A DNA stretch of 63,312 bases, counting the filler, from Bacteriovoracaceae bacterium (lineage in GTDB: Bacteria > Bdellovibrionota > Bacteriovoracia > Bacteriovoracales > Bacteriovoracaceae): NCBI GenBank assembly GCA_018649885.1. It is 3 parts of 3 records of this genome, joined end to end, with 100 filler letters (N's around TTAATTAATTAA, not from the genome) between each part and the next. Parts side by side here need not be neighbours in the genome. Positions count along the whole stretch, not along the records: positions 35,560 to 63,312 come from JABIHA010000115.1; 2 more parts are not named here. The stretch is one strand, 5' to 3'. Position 1 is the first letter of the stretch. The number at the start of each line of letters is the position of its first letter. The translations under genes were made by a program, and so were the position numbers. The notes beneath the pieces were generated by a model, which searched no databases, was not told the origin of the DNA, and was given only the letters and a program-made list of their open reading frames with translations. Below are positions 50,338 to 60,720 of this stretch, in pieces.

Positions 50338-52203
50338 TTATGACTTAGTTTTGTATTTTTTCTCAATAATTGTTTCTGGTTTAAATCGGACTTTATTTTT
50401 CATGGCCTCTTTAGTTTCACTCTTTAATTTTTTATCAACCCAAAATAGTCCACCAGTTGTTAAGCCGAGTGGATCAGTCGCGCTATCAGAAACTTCTGTG
50501 GCAATATCTTTCGGCAGTCTAATCCATCGCCAGTATGCTTGACGGAAATAGGGAATAAGGTAAGTCGGAACGACAACTGAGAGATCATGAATTCTTTGTT
50601 GGATTTGTCTTGAAAGCTTGGCCTTCTTTTTTGAATCAAATTCCAATCGATAGCCGTCTATGTATTTATCCAACTCTTTGTCATTTGTATTGGAAAAATT
50701 ATTGGTCTGAGGCTTGGATGCATTGGCGGAGTGGTATTGTCCCCAGTATTGTGGTTTCCACATTGCTCCCCATCCACTATGGGCGACATCATGCTGTTTT
50801 TCTTGCATGGCCTTAAAAGCAGTACTTCCATCCATTAATTTTAATTCTAACTCAATACCAGCTTTTTTAGCTTCTTCTTTAAGAACCACAAGCCTGTCAT
50901 TGTGATGTTTTGCTCCGTAAAGTACTTTAACTGAAAAGCGTTTCCCATTTTTGACTCTAATGCCATCAGCCCCTCTTTTTTCCCATCCAGCTTTTTTTAG
51001 ATATGAGCCAGCTTTTTTTAGATCAAACTTTCTGGCCTTAATTGATTCATTGGAATATTTACCATACCCTGTGGCGGCATTGTGCTGTCTTTCATAGTCA
51101 TTACGAAGCACTGTTTTTAAAACCTTATCTACGTTCATGGCATGTGAGAAGCCCTTGCGTGTATTGATATCTTTGAAAATTTCCCTATCAAGATTCATCC
51201 ACATTCCCATTTCTGGCTGTGGCGACTTTGTGTAAAACCAAAGTTTGTGAACGTACCCACTGTCAAAAATTTTGCCTTTTGCCTTATTGTGCCAAAAATC
51301 AGGAAGTGTAAGTCCAAAAGATTCTAGCTCACCTTTTTTAAAATGTTCAAAGGCAACATTTTGATCTCGAATAACTGTGTATTTAATTTTATCAACGTTA
51401 AATCTATTTTTAAAAAATCTTTCATTTTCACCCCACCAGTTTTTTACTCTTTTAAGGGTAAGGTATTTACCTTTTTTAACTACATCGATTTGATAGGGGG
51501 CAAGTGTCGGTGGGATTTTCCAGTTGTAGTCTTTAACGAAGTTTTTACTTAAATTGTAAAAATGTTTTGGGAAAGCACCAAGTCCATAGTAGTAATGAAG
51601 GTCTTCACTACTTTTAGGGTTTTTCCCAACTACTGCCATCGTGTGCTCATCGTATTTAATAATTTTAGCAAAGTTTTTGGTATAGTATTCATTGTACCAG
51701 GGAGCCACTATATGCTTGGATTTATACATCTCGAGAGCGAAAATAAAATCATCAACCCTTAGTGGCTTTCCATCTGACCACTTCGCCTTCTTATTTAATT
51801 TGTAGTAAATCGTTGTAAGATCTTTTGAATGGGCCCATTCGGTAGCAAGAATTGGAATTGGCTTTCTTGTGTTGGGATGATAATCAGTGGGGCTCAACTG
51901 TAGAGCTCGAATGACTCCCGCAAATCCGCCGTTTGAATCAGGACCTACTACTCTTAAAGTAAGTGGAAAGCTGTCAATAAATGAATTGTAACTACCACCC
52001 TTCACAGCATTGGGGCTGGAATAAATAGGATCAGTTAGGTTGGATTCCCAGTTTAAATTAGAAGGCAATGGAGTTTTTGATATTTGATAAAGCTCAGAGC
52101 TAGAATCATCTGCCTGGCTTACTTTTTCGACTTTTTTTGTTTCTTTGTTACAAGAGAAACTGAAGATCAAGATCAGCGCTAAAAAAGTAAATCTCAAATT
52201 CAT
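50338..52203 (-). CDS. Peptide ABC transporter substrate-binding lipoprotein (family 5, YejA-like)
   Basis: FSC lipobox; PNAVKGG, AKWSDGKP. Confidence 0.88.
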   Translation of the reverse strand: MNLRFTFLALILIFSFSCNKETKKVEKVSQADDSSSELYQISKTPLPSNLNWESNLTDPIYSSPNAVKGGSYNSFIDSFPLTLRVVGPDSNGGFAGVIRALQLSPTDYHPNTRKPIPILATEWAHSKDLTTIYYKLNKKAKWSDGKPLRVDDFIFALEMYKSKHIVAPWYNEYYTKNFAKIIKYDEHTMAVVGKNPKSSEDLHYYYGLGAFPKHFYNLSKNFVKDYNWKIPPTLAPYQIDVVKKGKYLTLKRVKNWWGENERFFKNRFNVDKIKYTVIRDQNVAFEHFKKGELESFGLTLPDFWHNKAKGKIFDSGYVHKLWFYTKSPQPEMGMWMNLDREIFKDINTRKGFSHAMNVDKVLKTVLRNDYERQHNAATGYGKYSNESIKARKFDLKKAGSYLKKAGWEKRGADGIRVKNGKRFSVKVLYGAKHHNDRLVVLKEEAKKAGIELELKLMDGSTAFKAMQEKQHDVAHSGWGAMWKPQYWGQYHSANASKPQTNNFSNTNDKELDKYIDGYRLEFDSKKKAKLSRQIQQRIHDLSVVVPTYLIPYFRQAYWRWIRLPKDIATEVSDSATDPLGLTTGGLFWVDKKLKSETKEAMKNKVRFKPETIIEKKYKTKS

Positions 52204-52223
52204 CGTGGTGGTCCTTTTTTATT

Positions 52224-53276
52224 TTATTGGTACGTTGTATGTTTTTTTGGATCAAAGGCTTCTCTAATGGCCTCCCCAATAAACGTTATCATTGTAAGTA
52301 TTAAGATCATGGCAAAAACAACTGAAATTCCAATCCAGGGAGCATCAAGTCTGCTTGTTCCTTGACTGAGTAGTTCTCCCCAGCTTGGTGTTGGGGGCAG
52401 AAGTCCAAATCCTAGATAGTCTAGCGAGGTAAGTGAGGTCATTCCACCTGCAATGGAAAAGGGAATGAAAGTCACAATAAGAGAAATCGAGTTGGGAATA
52501 ATATGTGAAAAAATTATTTTTCTGTCTTTTGCTCCTAAAGCTCTCGCTGCCAGGACATACTCTCTTTCTTTTTCCTTATAGGTTTTTGTTCGCATATACC
52601 AAGTCATACCCATCCAGCCAAAAAATGCCATAATTCCCATCAAAACACCCAGGCTTGGAACGACAATTGATGAGACAATAATCACAACATAGAGAAAGGG
52701 GATATTTGACCAGATTTCAATTATCCTTTGTACAATAATATCAAACCAGCCTCCGTAAAACCCCATCAAACATCCAATGGTGATACCAATGACATAGTTA
52801 ATTAGAAGAAGCCCCAAGGAGAAAACAATGGCGATGCGGTAGCCATAAACAAGTCGTGCAAGAATATCTCTTCCTGTTGTGTCTGTTCCTAGAAAATGTT
52901 GATTATCCATATTGGGTGCAGTAGGAGGATAGATTCCTTCTTGCAAATCATTCTCAAGTGGATTGTAGGGAAATACTGGCATGATGACGAAGTTGTCACT
53001 TTCTTCGCTTTCAAATTGTTTATTTAGTTCTCTATAATTTGTTTCGTATTTGTAGTCTAATCCAAATGTTTCACCGGAGATGACATCTGAGTAAGTAGGA
53101 AAATGATAATTTCCCTCATATTTTACCAGTATCGCCTTGGAGTTTACAAAAAACTCAGCAAACATGGCAAAGAAAAGTGAGAGGCTAAATATGATAAATG
53201 AGTAATAGCCTCTTTTGATAGATTTGAAGCGATTGATTTTCTTTACAGTGAGGGGATTAAGTTTAAAGCTTCTCAT
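52224..53276 (-). CDS. Peptide ABC transporter permease (YejE/OppC-like)
   Basis: HFLGTD..GRDILARLVYG; EYVLAARALG; PSWGELL. Confidence 0.9.
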   Translation of the reverse strand: MRSFKLNPLTVKKINRFKSIKRGYYSFIIFSLSLFFAMFAEFFVNSKAILVKYEGNYHFPTYSDVISGETFGLDYKYETNYRELNKQFESEESDNFVIMPVFPYNPLENDLQEGIYPPTAPNMDNQHFLGTDTTGRDILARLVYGYRIAIVFSLGLLLINYVIGITIGCLMGFYGGWFDIIVQRIIEIWSNIPFLYVVIIVSSIVVPSLGVLMGIMAFFGWMGMTWYMRTKTYKEKEREYVLAARALGAKDRKIIFSHIIPNSISLIVTFIPFSIAGGMTSLTSLDYLGFGLLPPTPSWGELLSQGTSRLDAPWIGISVVFAMILILTMITFIGEAIREAFDPKKHTTYQ

Positions 53277-54298
53277 TTAAATTTCACCCTTGGATCGACC
53301 ATGGCCACGCAAATATCCGAGAGGATATTTCCTACTAAAAATAAAAGGGAGCTAATAACAAGTATTCCCATGACTACAGGATAATCTCTTTCCACAAGAC
53401 TTTCATAGCCAAGCAGTCCGAAGCCATCGATATTAAATATTTTTTCGATAAGAAAAGATCCAGTTATAATAAGTGAGATATTATTGCCAAAGCTGGTAGC
53501 AATGGGGATTAGGCTATTTCTCATGGCATGTCTTAATACGGCCTTTTTAAAAGGCAAACCTTTGGCCATGGCCAGTCTTACATAGTCAGCTGCCAAGTTA
53601 TCCATTAGAGAGTTTTTCATTAAAAATGTTAGTACTGCAAAGCTTCCGGCCATATAGGCACTGAGTGGAAGGACACTGTGATATAAAATATCAAATACTT
53701 TTCCAAAGAAGCTTAACTCTTCAAACCCTTCGGAGACAAATCCGCCCAGTGGAAACCAACCCAGCTGGCTTCCAAGAAAAATAAGTAGAGCAATACCCAC
53801 AACATATCCAGGTACCGCATATCCAATAAAAACAATGATTGAAGTAATATTGTCAAAGTGAGTGAGATGTTTAATCGCCTTGATTACACCTAATGGTATG
53901 CAAATTAGGTAAGTGAGTAAAAGAGACATCAACCCGTAATAAGTACTAATGGGCATTCTCTCCATGATCATGGACAAGACACTGTCGCCATACCTCGTTG
54001 AGTTTCCAAGGTCTCCAGTAAGAACTTTCCCTAACCAAGAGAAATAAGAGGAGATGATGGGTTTATCGAAACCATAGTATTCTTTTAATTCTTGAATTTG
54101 GGTTGCAGAGAGAGCATTGGCCATTTCTGGGCCAGAGCCTGCACTCATCCCCGATTCAGCTTGCATTTGGTTGGCCTGAGAAATCATTCTCTCAACTGGT
54201 CCACCCGGAACAAGTCTTGTGATAAAGAAGACTAAAATAGTCACCCCAATAAATGTGGGAATAATAAGGGCAAAGCGCCTTAGAAAATAAGTAGTCAT
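53273..54298 (-). CDS. Peptide ABC transporter permease (YejB/OppB-like)
   Basis: PGGPVE, YGFDKP, DYVRLAMAKGL, RDYPVV. Confidence 0.9.
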   Translation of the reverse strand: MTTYFLRRFALIIPTFIGVTILVFFITRLVPGGPVERMISQANQMQAESGMSAGSGPEMANALSATQIQELKEYYGFDKPIISSYFSWLGKVLTGDLGNSTRYGDSVLSMIMERMPISTYYGLMSLLLTYLICIPLGVIKAIKHLTHFDNITSIIVFIGYAVPGYVVGIALLIFLGSQLGWFPLGGFVSEGFEELSFFGKVFDILYHSVLPLSAYMAGSFAVLTFLMKNSLMDNLAADYVRLAMAKGLPFKKAVLRHAMRNSLIPIATSFGNNISLIITGSFLIEKIFNIDGFGLLGYESLVERDYPVVMGILVISSLLFLVGNILSDICVAMVDPRVKFK

Positions 54299-54449
54299 TT
54301 AAATATCATTCCTTTGAATTACCAAAGTATTTTAAACGAAAAGGGCCAGTCCTTAAATGGTTAATATCTTTTTAAATAAAGTACGAGTGTGGTACTGGTT
54401 TGTCCGGGGGAAGCTTTCCCATTTTCAATATTTAATGTATCTTGATGCC

Positions 54450-55352
54450 ATGGAACCAATAAAATTTTTCAATAGATATACCCAGAAAGTGGAAGAAGAG
54501 AAGGTTTACGGCAGTGAGCTTATTCACTGGCTCTATAACTCTAATACTGGAAGCTTTCTTTCTGATATTATATGTCGTTATCCCATAAGCCAGGCTTATG
54601 GATTTCTACAAAGCACACGGGGAAGTAGTAAGAAAGTTGATAGATTTGTTCAGGAATTCAACATCAATATTGATGAGTACCTTCCCAGCAATGCTGCAGT
54701 AAGTGGAAAACCCTATGGCTCTTTCAATGAGTTTTTCATTAGAAGATTTAAAGAAGGTAAAAGAAGTTTTCCAGAAGATCCCACTAAAATGGGTGCTTTT
54801 TCAGAGGCCAGATATCTTGGTTGGGAGAAAATTACTGATGATTTAGAATTTCCTCTCAAGGGCCATACTATGACTGCTGAGGCAGTTCTCGCCAGAGAGG
54901 GAGTTTCAAAACCTTTTATTGGTGGGCCCATGATGATTGCAAGGCTTTGTCCTGTTGATTATCACCGCTACCATTATCCCGACTCAGGTACTACGGGAGA
55001 GGAGTATAGAGTTTCGGGAAGACTCCACTCCGTGAATCCCATTGCTCTGAAGTATAAGGGAGACACCTTCGCTACTAATGAAAGAGCGGTTTCTATTTTA
55101 AATACGGAAAATTTTGGAAAAATTGCCTATGTCGAAGTGGGAGCAACCCTCGTTGGAAAAATTGTTCAATCTCATCCTGTCTCAAAACCTTTTAATAGGG
55201 GAGACGAAAAGGGATATTTTCTTTTTGGTGGGTCGACTGTCGTGATTTTTGGTGAACCTGGTAAATGGAAGCCCTCTGAAGATATTCTCTCAAATACCAA
55301 AGACCGTGTAGAGACCTACATTAAATTAGGTGACACCGTAGCATCTGCCTAG
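54450..55352 (+). CDS. psd: Phosphatidylserine decarboxylase (GGST-type proenzyme)
   Basis: SFNEFFIR, RLCPVDYHRYH, FGGST self-cleavage motif; probable start 54450. Confidence 0.92.
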   Translation: MEPIKFFNRYTQKVEEEKVYGSELIHWLYNSNTGSFLSDIICRYPISQAYGFLQSTRGSSKKVDRFVQEFNINIDEYLPSNAAVSGKPYGSFNEFFIRRFKEGKRSFPEDPTKMGAFSEARYLGWEKITDDLEFPLKGHTMTAEAVLAREGVSKPFIGGPMMIARLCPVDYHRYHYPDSGTTGEEYRVSGRLHSVNPIALKYKGDTFATNERAVSILNTENFGKIAYVEVGATLVGKIVQSHPVSKPFNRGDEKGYFLFGGSTVVIFGEPGKWKPSEDILSNTKDRVETYIKLGDTVASA

Positions 55353-55409
55353 CTTAAACAAAATTCGAGTAATTCCTATAAAAATTAAGACCTTCTGTCG
55401 AAAACCTCT

Positions 55410-57854
55410 ATGAGGTTAGCGTTGAGATACAAGGTTCTTTTTTTCACATTGATTTTGATTTCAGCTTTTGCACAAGTTGTTGATCCCACTCCTTCACCAA
55501 CTGTAGAAGCCGGAGAGGATACTCTTTTTCTTGGAGGAAATGGTTGGGGCGCTATTGTCACCTTTGAAGATGTTGATGGAAGTAAAAAAGCGAGTACACA
55601 ATTATATTTAGAAGAAGAACTTATAAGTGATTTGCACAGTGGTGAAAATATTGACACTGAAAAACAGGCAACTCCAATTGTTGTTAAAAAAAAGGGTGAT
55701 GGACAGAAAGCCGCTGAGTTTGGTGATTTTCTTTACGATCAAGTAAAACCCTACGATCCCCTTTATTTGCAAATTGAACCCCAGAAAGAGTTTGTAAAGT
55801 TTTTTGAACAATTTTTAGAAAATCTAACTGATAACATCAGTGAAATTGCACAAGATTATTATGGAATTGGTTCTGTGGATTGTGCTGATTGTACAATCAA
55901 TAGCCAATTGGGAACCCTTGATAATGTAGAGCTAGATGGACTTGAATTACTATCGAATGCTGTAGAAGGTGCAGCACTAAGTGGACTTGAAGGTGATATA
56001 ACATCTGATTTTGTTATGTTTGGGTTTTCAAGGGCCCTTTGGGATTCAAATTCTGCTATTGAAGAAACTCTAAGTAAACCAGGTGGGCAGGCAACAATGC
56101 TAACTCTTGGAGGAGCTGGAGCGTTAGCTTACTATTCACTGGGCCATATAGTTGGAAATCCTGCGGTGTTGGATTTATCAGTACCACTTATTGAAAATAG
56201 TTTGATATGTGAAAATGGTGATTATATTTGTATTGATAGGCTAGATACAGACCCAGAGTATGCAAGAATGCTGAAAAGCACTTTTTATGTGTATTTTGAA
56301 AAAAATGGTTTTGAAAATCCCAGAGAAATTGCAGATATATTGTTCAGGGCCATCAAAACAGGAAATTTTGGCAACACACCAGAGCAAAGAGATAAGACCC
56401 TAGGTCTTCTAACTGAGTTTTACTATTCAAAAATTCTGCTCCCAGAATATTTAAAAGAAAGTTTTTCAAAAAAATACCATGACCATATTATTGCAAAGCT
56501 AGGTCGTTCTGAGACACGGGAAGGTGTTGATTTACTGGAAGTGCATTTTAGAAAAAAATACGAAGAGATAGGTACTAGTTGGGATCAAAAAATATTTAAT
56601 GAAAAAGTTAAAGTGATTCTCTACCAATTGGGAACAGATACACTCACTGCAGAAAACCAAGCTATTTTTGATGAAGCCTTCAAAGGGAATGAAGATGAGC
56701 TGGCGGTGATTGTTGAATCTCTATTCATTGATTTGGGAGAGTTTTCAGTTGTAGGGGAAAGGCTAGGAGCAATTGCTAAGAAAAAGGCCATCACTTTTAT
56801 GAAGCCTAAGCAGGCGAGAGAGTATCTATACGATGAATACTACCCCAATAGTGTTGAGAAAGTTAGAGAGGAGCAAAGAGAAAAGTTGTCTCAGGCCTAT
56901 CAAAGACAAGCAAAGAAAAAATCAGGGGGCAATGAAAGTACTCAGGCCAGGTTATACAGCATATTTATGGAAAATATTGATGCTGAGCTGGAAAAAGATC
57001 AATATGAAAAAGCGAGAGAGAAAAAGGCAAAACGTTTAACAATGAAAAAAGTGAGGGCCAGTACTCAAAGGCGAGGGCAGCTTGATTTAGAAATAGATAT
57101 GAAAAGCTCTTATGAAGATTCGATATTTGGAGGTGAAGACACAGTGACCGCCCATATGGGTTTTCCTCAGAAGGCAGTACTTGGTTTGCACTATCATAAT
57201 GATGTTCAGGGATCAGGGGCAAAACTCTATGTTTCAGGTTACAAGGCTTCTGTTCAAAATTTGCCTGGAGGTAAGCAGAATACTTCTAGTAGTAATTATG
57301 TCAGTGTTGGTGCAAAGGCCTACATTGAATTTGTAGAAGTTGGTGCGACCCTCCAAAGTGGGTATCGAGAGAATGTTTCAGAAACGGCCCCAGCTCAAAT
57401 GTACGAAGGTACTTATGACAAGACTAAGGCCTATATAAAAATAACTCCTTTTACTGACGAATCACTTTCAATCTATGGACTAGCGGAAACTACAAGGTTT
57501 GATGAAGGTGTTGAAAGAAAGGCAGGTGCAAAAGTAAATTATAGAATAGTATCCACAGATAATTGGAAAGCATCTACTTTTGTAAGTGCCTATGTTTATG
57601 GATCAGGAGAACTCCAGGGTTTAGACACAATTGGAGAAACTGATGGAGAGGTTAATGCTGGTGTAACTATAAGTTATAGGACTCTTACACCAAGGTTTGC
57701 CATTGATACTGGTTTTCATGCTGGCTATACAGCCGCTTTGGTCGTTAGTGGAGGTGACGCTTATATTATAGGAAGTGAGGACTCATTATATATGGGGTTA
57801 GGATTAACAGTTTCAAGAAGATCATTTTCTCAGGTGGACAGCTCTTCTCGCTAA
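55410..57854 (+). CDS. Large secreted hypothetical protein, possible C-terminal beta-barrel
   Basis: Signal peptide; helical charged middle; the last ~250 aa are Gly/Tyr/Thr-rich with alternating patterns. Confidence 0.65.
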   Translation: MRLALRYKVLFFTLILISAFAQVVDPTPSPTVEAGEDTLFLGGNGWGAIVTFEDVDGSKKASTQLYLEEELISDLHSGENIDTEKQATPIVVKKKGDGQKAAEFGDFLYDQVKPYDPLYLQIEPQKEFVKFFEQFLENLTDNISEIAQDYYGIGSVDCADCTINSQLGTLDNVELDGLELLSNAVEGAALSGLEGDITSDFVMFGFSRALWDSNSAIEETLSKPGGQATMLTLGGAGALAYYSLGHIVGNPAVLDLSVPLIENSLICENGDYICIDRLDTDPEYARMLKSTFYVYFEKNGFENPREIADILFRAIKTGNFGNTPEQRDKTLGLLTEFYYSKILLPEYLKESFSKKYHDHIIAKLGRSETREGVDLLEVHFRKKYEEIGTSWDQKIFNEKVKVILYQLGTDTLTAENQAIFDEAFKGNEDELAVIVESLFIDLGEFSVVGERLGAIAKKKAITFMKPKQAREYLYDEYYPNSVEKVREEQREKLSQAYQRQAKKKSGGNESTQARLYSIFMENIDAELEKDQYEKAREKKAKRLTMKKVRASTQRRGQLDLEIDMKSSYEDSIFGGEDTVTAHMGFPQKAVLGLHYHNDVQGSGAKLYVSGYKASVQNLPGGKQNTSSSNYVSVGAKAYIEFVEVGATLQSGYRENVSETAPAQMYEGTYDKTKAYIKITPFTDESLSIYGLAETTRFDEGVERKAGAKVNYRIVSTDNWKASTFVSAYVYGSGELQGLDTIGETDGEVNAGVTISYRTLTPRFAIDTGFHAGYTAALVVSGGDAYIIGSEDSLYMGLGLTVSRRSFSQVDSSSR

Positions 57855-58576
57855 AGCTCGCTTAAAATTCCAGTGACCAACCCAATAATTCCACCAAAAA
57901 CTCCACCCCATACTACCAGCCAACCAAGATGCTCACTAATTATTCTTTGCATCATCTCTTTGACTCTTTCTGGTCCAATCTCATCAAGTCTCTTGGTAAC
58001 AATGGCATCAATTTTTTTAATAAGTTGTTTTTCAATACCTGTATTTCTTGCTTGTCCTAATATATTATTTTGGAAATCAGGTGAGAGAACAATTTCTGTA
58101 ATAGTCTCTTTCACCTTTACAATGATAGGACCTTTATACTTTTCTAATCCCTTTTCTCCCCCGAAGAATTTAAGCATGCTTCCATATTGTGAATTGACCA
58201 TACTTGCAACAATGGTCTGATAAATATGGTGATAGTCTATACTGTTAAGTATGGGACTGAGTTCAATCGAAATATTTTCGATAAATACATTTGAATTAAG
58301 ATAGCTTCCCACATGATTTTCAGAAAAAAATTCATCCATTATAAGCTCTTTAATACTTATTTTGAATTCTTCAAATCTTGTCTCAATAACACCAGACCCA
58401 TAAAGACCTGGAACTTTCTCGAAGAGCATGTGGATTGCCAGCCAATTTGTCATGGCTCCTGACAAAGCATAGGTTCCAATAGGTAGGAGTCTTTCTCTCC
58501 ATGTTGGTAATAAGAGGCCCAAGATGATAAAAAAACCAGCTAATAAATTAGTAGTGATCGATTTTGTTAAAACCAT
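57851..58576 (-). CDS. DUF445-family membrane protein
   Basis: SGAMTNWLAIHMLFEKVPGLYGSGVI and HLGWLVVWGGVFGG; probable start ATG 58576. Confidence 0.88.
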   Translation of the reverse strand: MVLTKSITTNLLAGFFIILGLLLPTWRERLLPIGTYALSGAMTNWLAIHMLFEKVPGLYGSGVIETRFEEFKISIKELIMDEFFSENHVGSYLNSNVFIENISIELSPILNSIDYHHIYQTIVASMVNSQYGSMLKFFGGEKGLEKYKGPIIVKVKETITEIVLSPDFQNNILGQARNTGIEKQLIKKIDAIVTKRLDEIGPERVKEMMQRIISEHLGWLVVWGGVFGGIIGLVTGILSEL

Positions 58577-58638
58577 ATTAGTTAACAATAATGCGACACA
58601 GGTAAGGTCATAAAGACCCAATGCGACAGTAGGTTTAT

Positions 58639-59790
58639 GTGAAAGAAAAATCAGAGTATTTAAATAAATTTCATGAGTCCATTTTTGCCAAAATGAGTGC
58701 TCTGGCAAAGAGCACAGGAGCTGTTAATTTGGGGCAGGGTTTTCCTGATTTTGAGGGACCCTCTTTTGTCTCAAAATATCTGATTGAGGGTGTTCAGGCA
58801 GGTCATAATCAATACGCCCCAAGCCCTGGATACCTTCCTCTAAGATCTGCTTTGTCCGAAATATATAAAAATCGTTATCAGCTAGAGTATTGCCCTGAAA
58901 CTGAAATTTCTATTACTACTGGGGCAACTGAAGGAATTTTTTCTACAATTACTGCTCTTGTAAATCCTGGAGACGAAGTTGTTATTTTCGAGCCTTTCTA
59001 TGACTCTTATGTGGCCAGTGTTGAAATGAGAGGAGGCATTCCCAAATTTGTCAGCCTTGGGGGAAGTGAGTTTAACTTTGATGAGGGAGAACTTAAAAAT
59101 GCATTTAGTGGTAAAACTAAACTGGTTATTTTAAATACTCCCCACAACCCAACAGGCAAAGTATTTAGTGACACCGAGCTTGGTCTTATTCGAGATCTAG
59201 TAATCAAGTATGATAGCTACGTTATTTCTGATGAAGTTTATGAATACCTTACATTTGATGATCACGAGCACACACCAGTTTCAAAAATTGATGGTCTCAA
59301 AGAGAGAACTATTGTCATTTCTTCAGCAGGAAAGACATTTGGCTATACTGGTTGGAAGGTTGGCTGGTGTCTGGCTCCAAGAGATATTAGTGCGGCCATT
59401 AGGTTAACAAGACAATATATTACCTTTTCAGTGAACACCCCGGCCCAGTATGCTTTTTCCAAGTGCCTGACAGAGATTGATAATTATCTTCCTGAGTTTC
59501 AAAAATTATACGACGGCAAAAGATTGATGGTGATGAAAGCTCTAGATGACTTGGGATGGAGGTACTTTCGCCCAAGAGGGACCTATTTTATTATGGCATC
59601 CCTTGAAGGAGTAAGTGATTTAGGAGACGTCGATTTTTGCATGGATCTAATAAAAAAAGCAGGAGTCGTTTTTATACCCCCTTCAGTATTTTACAGAAAA
59701 AGTAATGAGGGAAAACGCTGGGTAAGAATATGCTTTGCCAAAAGTGATCAGACTCTAAAGAGTGCAATCGATAAACTGTCCTTATATTAA
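58639..59790 (+). CDS. Class I/II PLP aminotransferase (YbdL/methionine aminotransferase-like)
   Basis: AVNLGQGFPD, NTPHNPTG, SDEVYE, SAGKTFGYTGWKVG. Confidence 0.92.
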   Translation: MKEKSEYLNKFHESIFAKMSALAKSTGAVNLGQGFPDFEGPSFVSKYLIEGVQAGHNQYAPSPGYLPLRSALSEIYKNRYQLEYCPETEISITTGATEGIFSTITALVNPGDEVVIFEPFYDSYVASVEMRGGIPKFVSLGGSEFNFDEGELKNAFSGKTKLVILNTPHNPTGKVFSDTELGLIRDLVIKYDSYVISDEVYEYLTFDDHEHTPVSKIDGLKERTIVISSAGKTFGYTGWKVGWCLAPRDISAAIRLTRQYITFSVNTPAQYAFSKCLTEIDNYLPEFQKLYDGKRLMVMKALDDLGWRYFRPRGTYFIMASLEGVSDLGDVDFCMDLIKKAGVVFIPPSVFYRKSNEGKRWVRICFAKSDQTLKSAIDKLSLY

Positions 59791-59862
59791 CAAACCGCCT
59801 TGAGCGCTATAGGCATCACCAAGTATTAACTTTTCATTAGTTGAGCAGTGAAAGATTAAGCG

Positions 59863-59941
59863 TGTTCGCTTGTGGCGAGCAGATTGTTCGCAGAAGAGAT
59901 GCGCGACGCGTTGTTACGTGCTATTTATCCTTCATGATTTA
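59863..59941 (+). promoter_or_regulatory. Operator/promoter module, copy 1
   Basis: GTTCGCT-N5-CGAGCAG-N-TTGTTCGCA-N25-GTGCTATTTAT...CATGATTTA, shared with 60641-60720. Confidence 0.7.
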
Positions 59942-60006
59942 CAAAATCACTTTGTTTGGAAGGACAATACTGACCTTTCTTTTTTCAAACTAAAAAGGAA
60001 ACAATT

Positions 60007-60420
60007 ATGAAAAAATTACTTATTACTGTAGCTCTTTGTACTTCACTATTTTCTGGCGCTTCACAAGCTGGATTAGTTTTGATGGCTGGTGGACTAACGG
60101 CAGTCACTGTTGATGCTATTAAGCAGGATGGCGCTGGCCTCAGTACGCCCTCTGTTGTCGGAGCACTTGTTGGTGGCGCTCTGGGTGGCACCCTTGCGGG
60201 GATTGCAGCCTTAGCACTGGGAATAAACGCAAGAATTGGAGGTGGTAGCCCCGCGAATATTTTTATTTTTGTACTTGATGACGATGGTGGAGTGAGAAAT
60301 ATAGATACATATGGTTTAGACGAAGGAGCAATACCTGTGCTTGAAGAGGCAATTGCTGAAAATTTCACAGAAGAAGAAATGCGTGCACTAGTAGGAGAGC
60401 TTTCAAATCCAGAATATTAG
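60007..60420 (+). CDS. Secreted Gly-rich hydrophobic (glycine-zipper-like) hypothetical protein
   Basis: Signal peptide; VVGALVGGALGGTLAGIAALALG; acidic C-terminus. Confidence 0.7.
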   Translation: MKKLLITVALCTSLFSGASQAGLVLMAGGLTAVTVDAIKQDGAGLSTPSVVGALVGGALGGTLAGIAALALGINARIGGGSPANIFIFVLDDDGGVRNIDTYGLDEGAIPVLEEAIAENFTEEEMRALVGELSNPEY

Positions 60421-60445
60421 AAATTATGTTTTGAATAATTAATAC

Positions 60446-60480
60446 AAAAATAGGGATCCTTTTAGAGGTTCCCTATTTTT
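60446..60480 (+). terminator. Intrinsic terminator
   Basis: AAAAATAGGGATCCT-TTTAG-AGGTTCCCTATTTTT. Confidence 0.8.
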
Positions 60481-60640
60481 ATTTTGGCCTAATATGACTC
60501 CTCCCATAACGACATAACAACCACATAGAATTTTACATCGCAAAATGATGTATTTTTTTCAAAAAGCCGAATCAAGAGAAAAGCTCATATGGCCACTCCA
60601 CAATTAAGATTCCATTAGCGCAGATATGAACAATTGTAGG

Positions 60641-60720
60641 CGTTCGCTAATCACGAGCAGTTTGTTCGCAATTATAGTGCAACAAATAACTCGAAGTGTT
60701 ATTTATATCCTCATGATTTA
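60641..60720 (+). promoter_or_regulatory. Operator/promoter module, copy 2
   Basis: GTTCGCT-N5-CGAGCAG-N-TTGTTCGCA-N25-GTGTTATTTAT...CATGATTTA. Confidence 0.7.
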
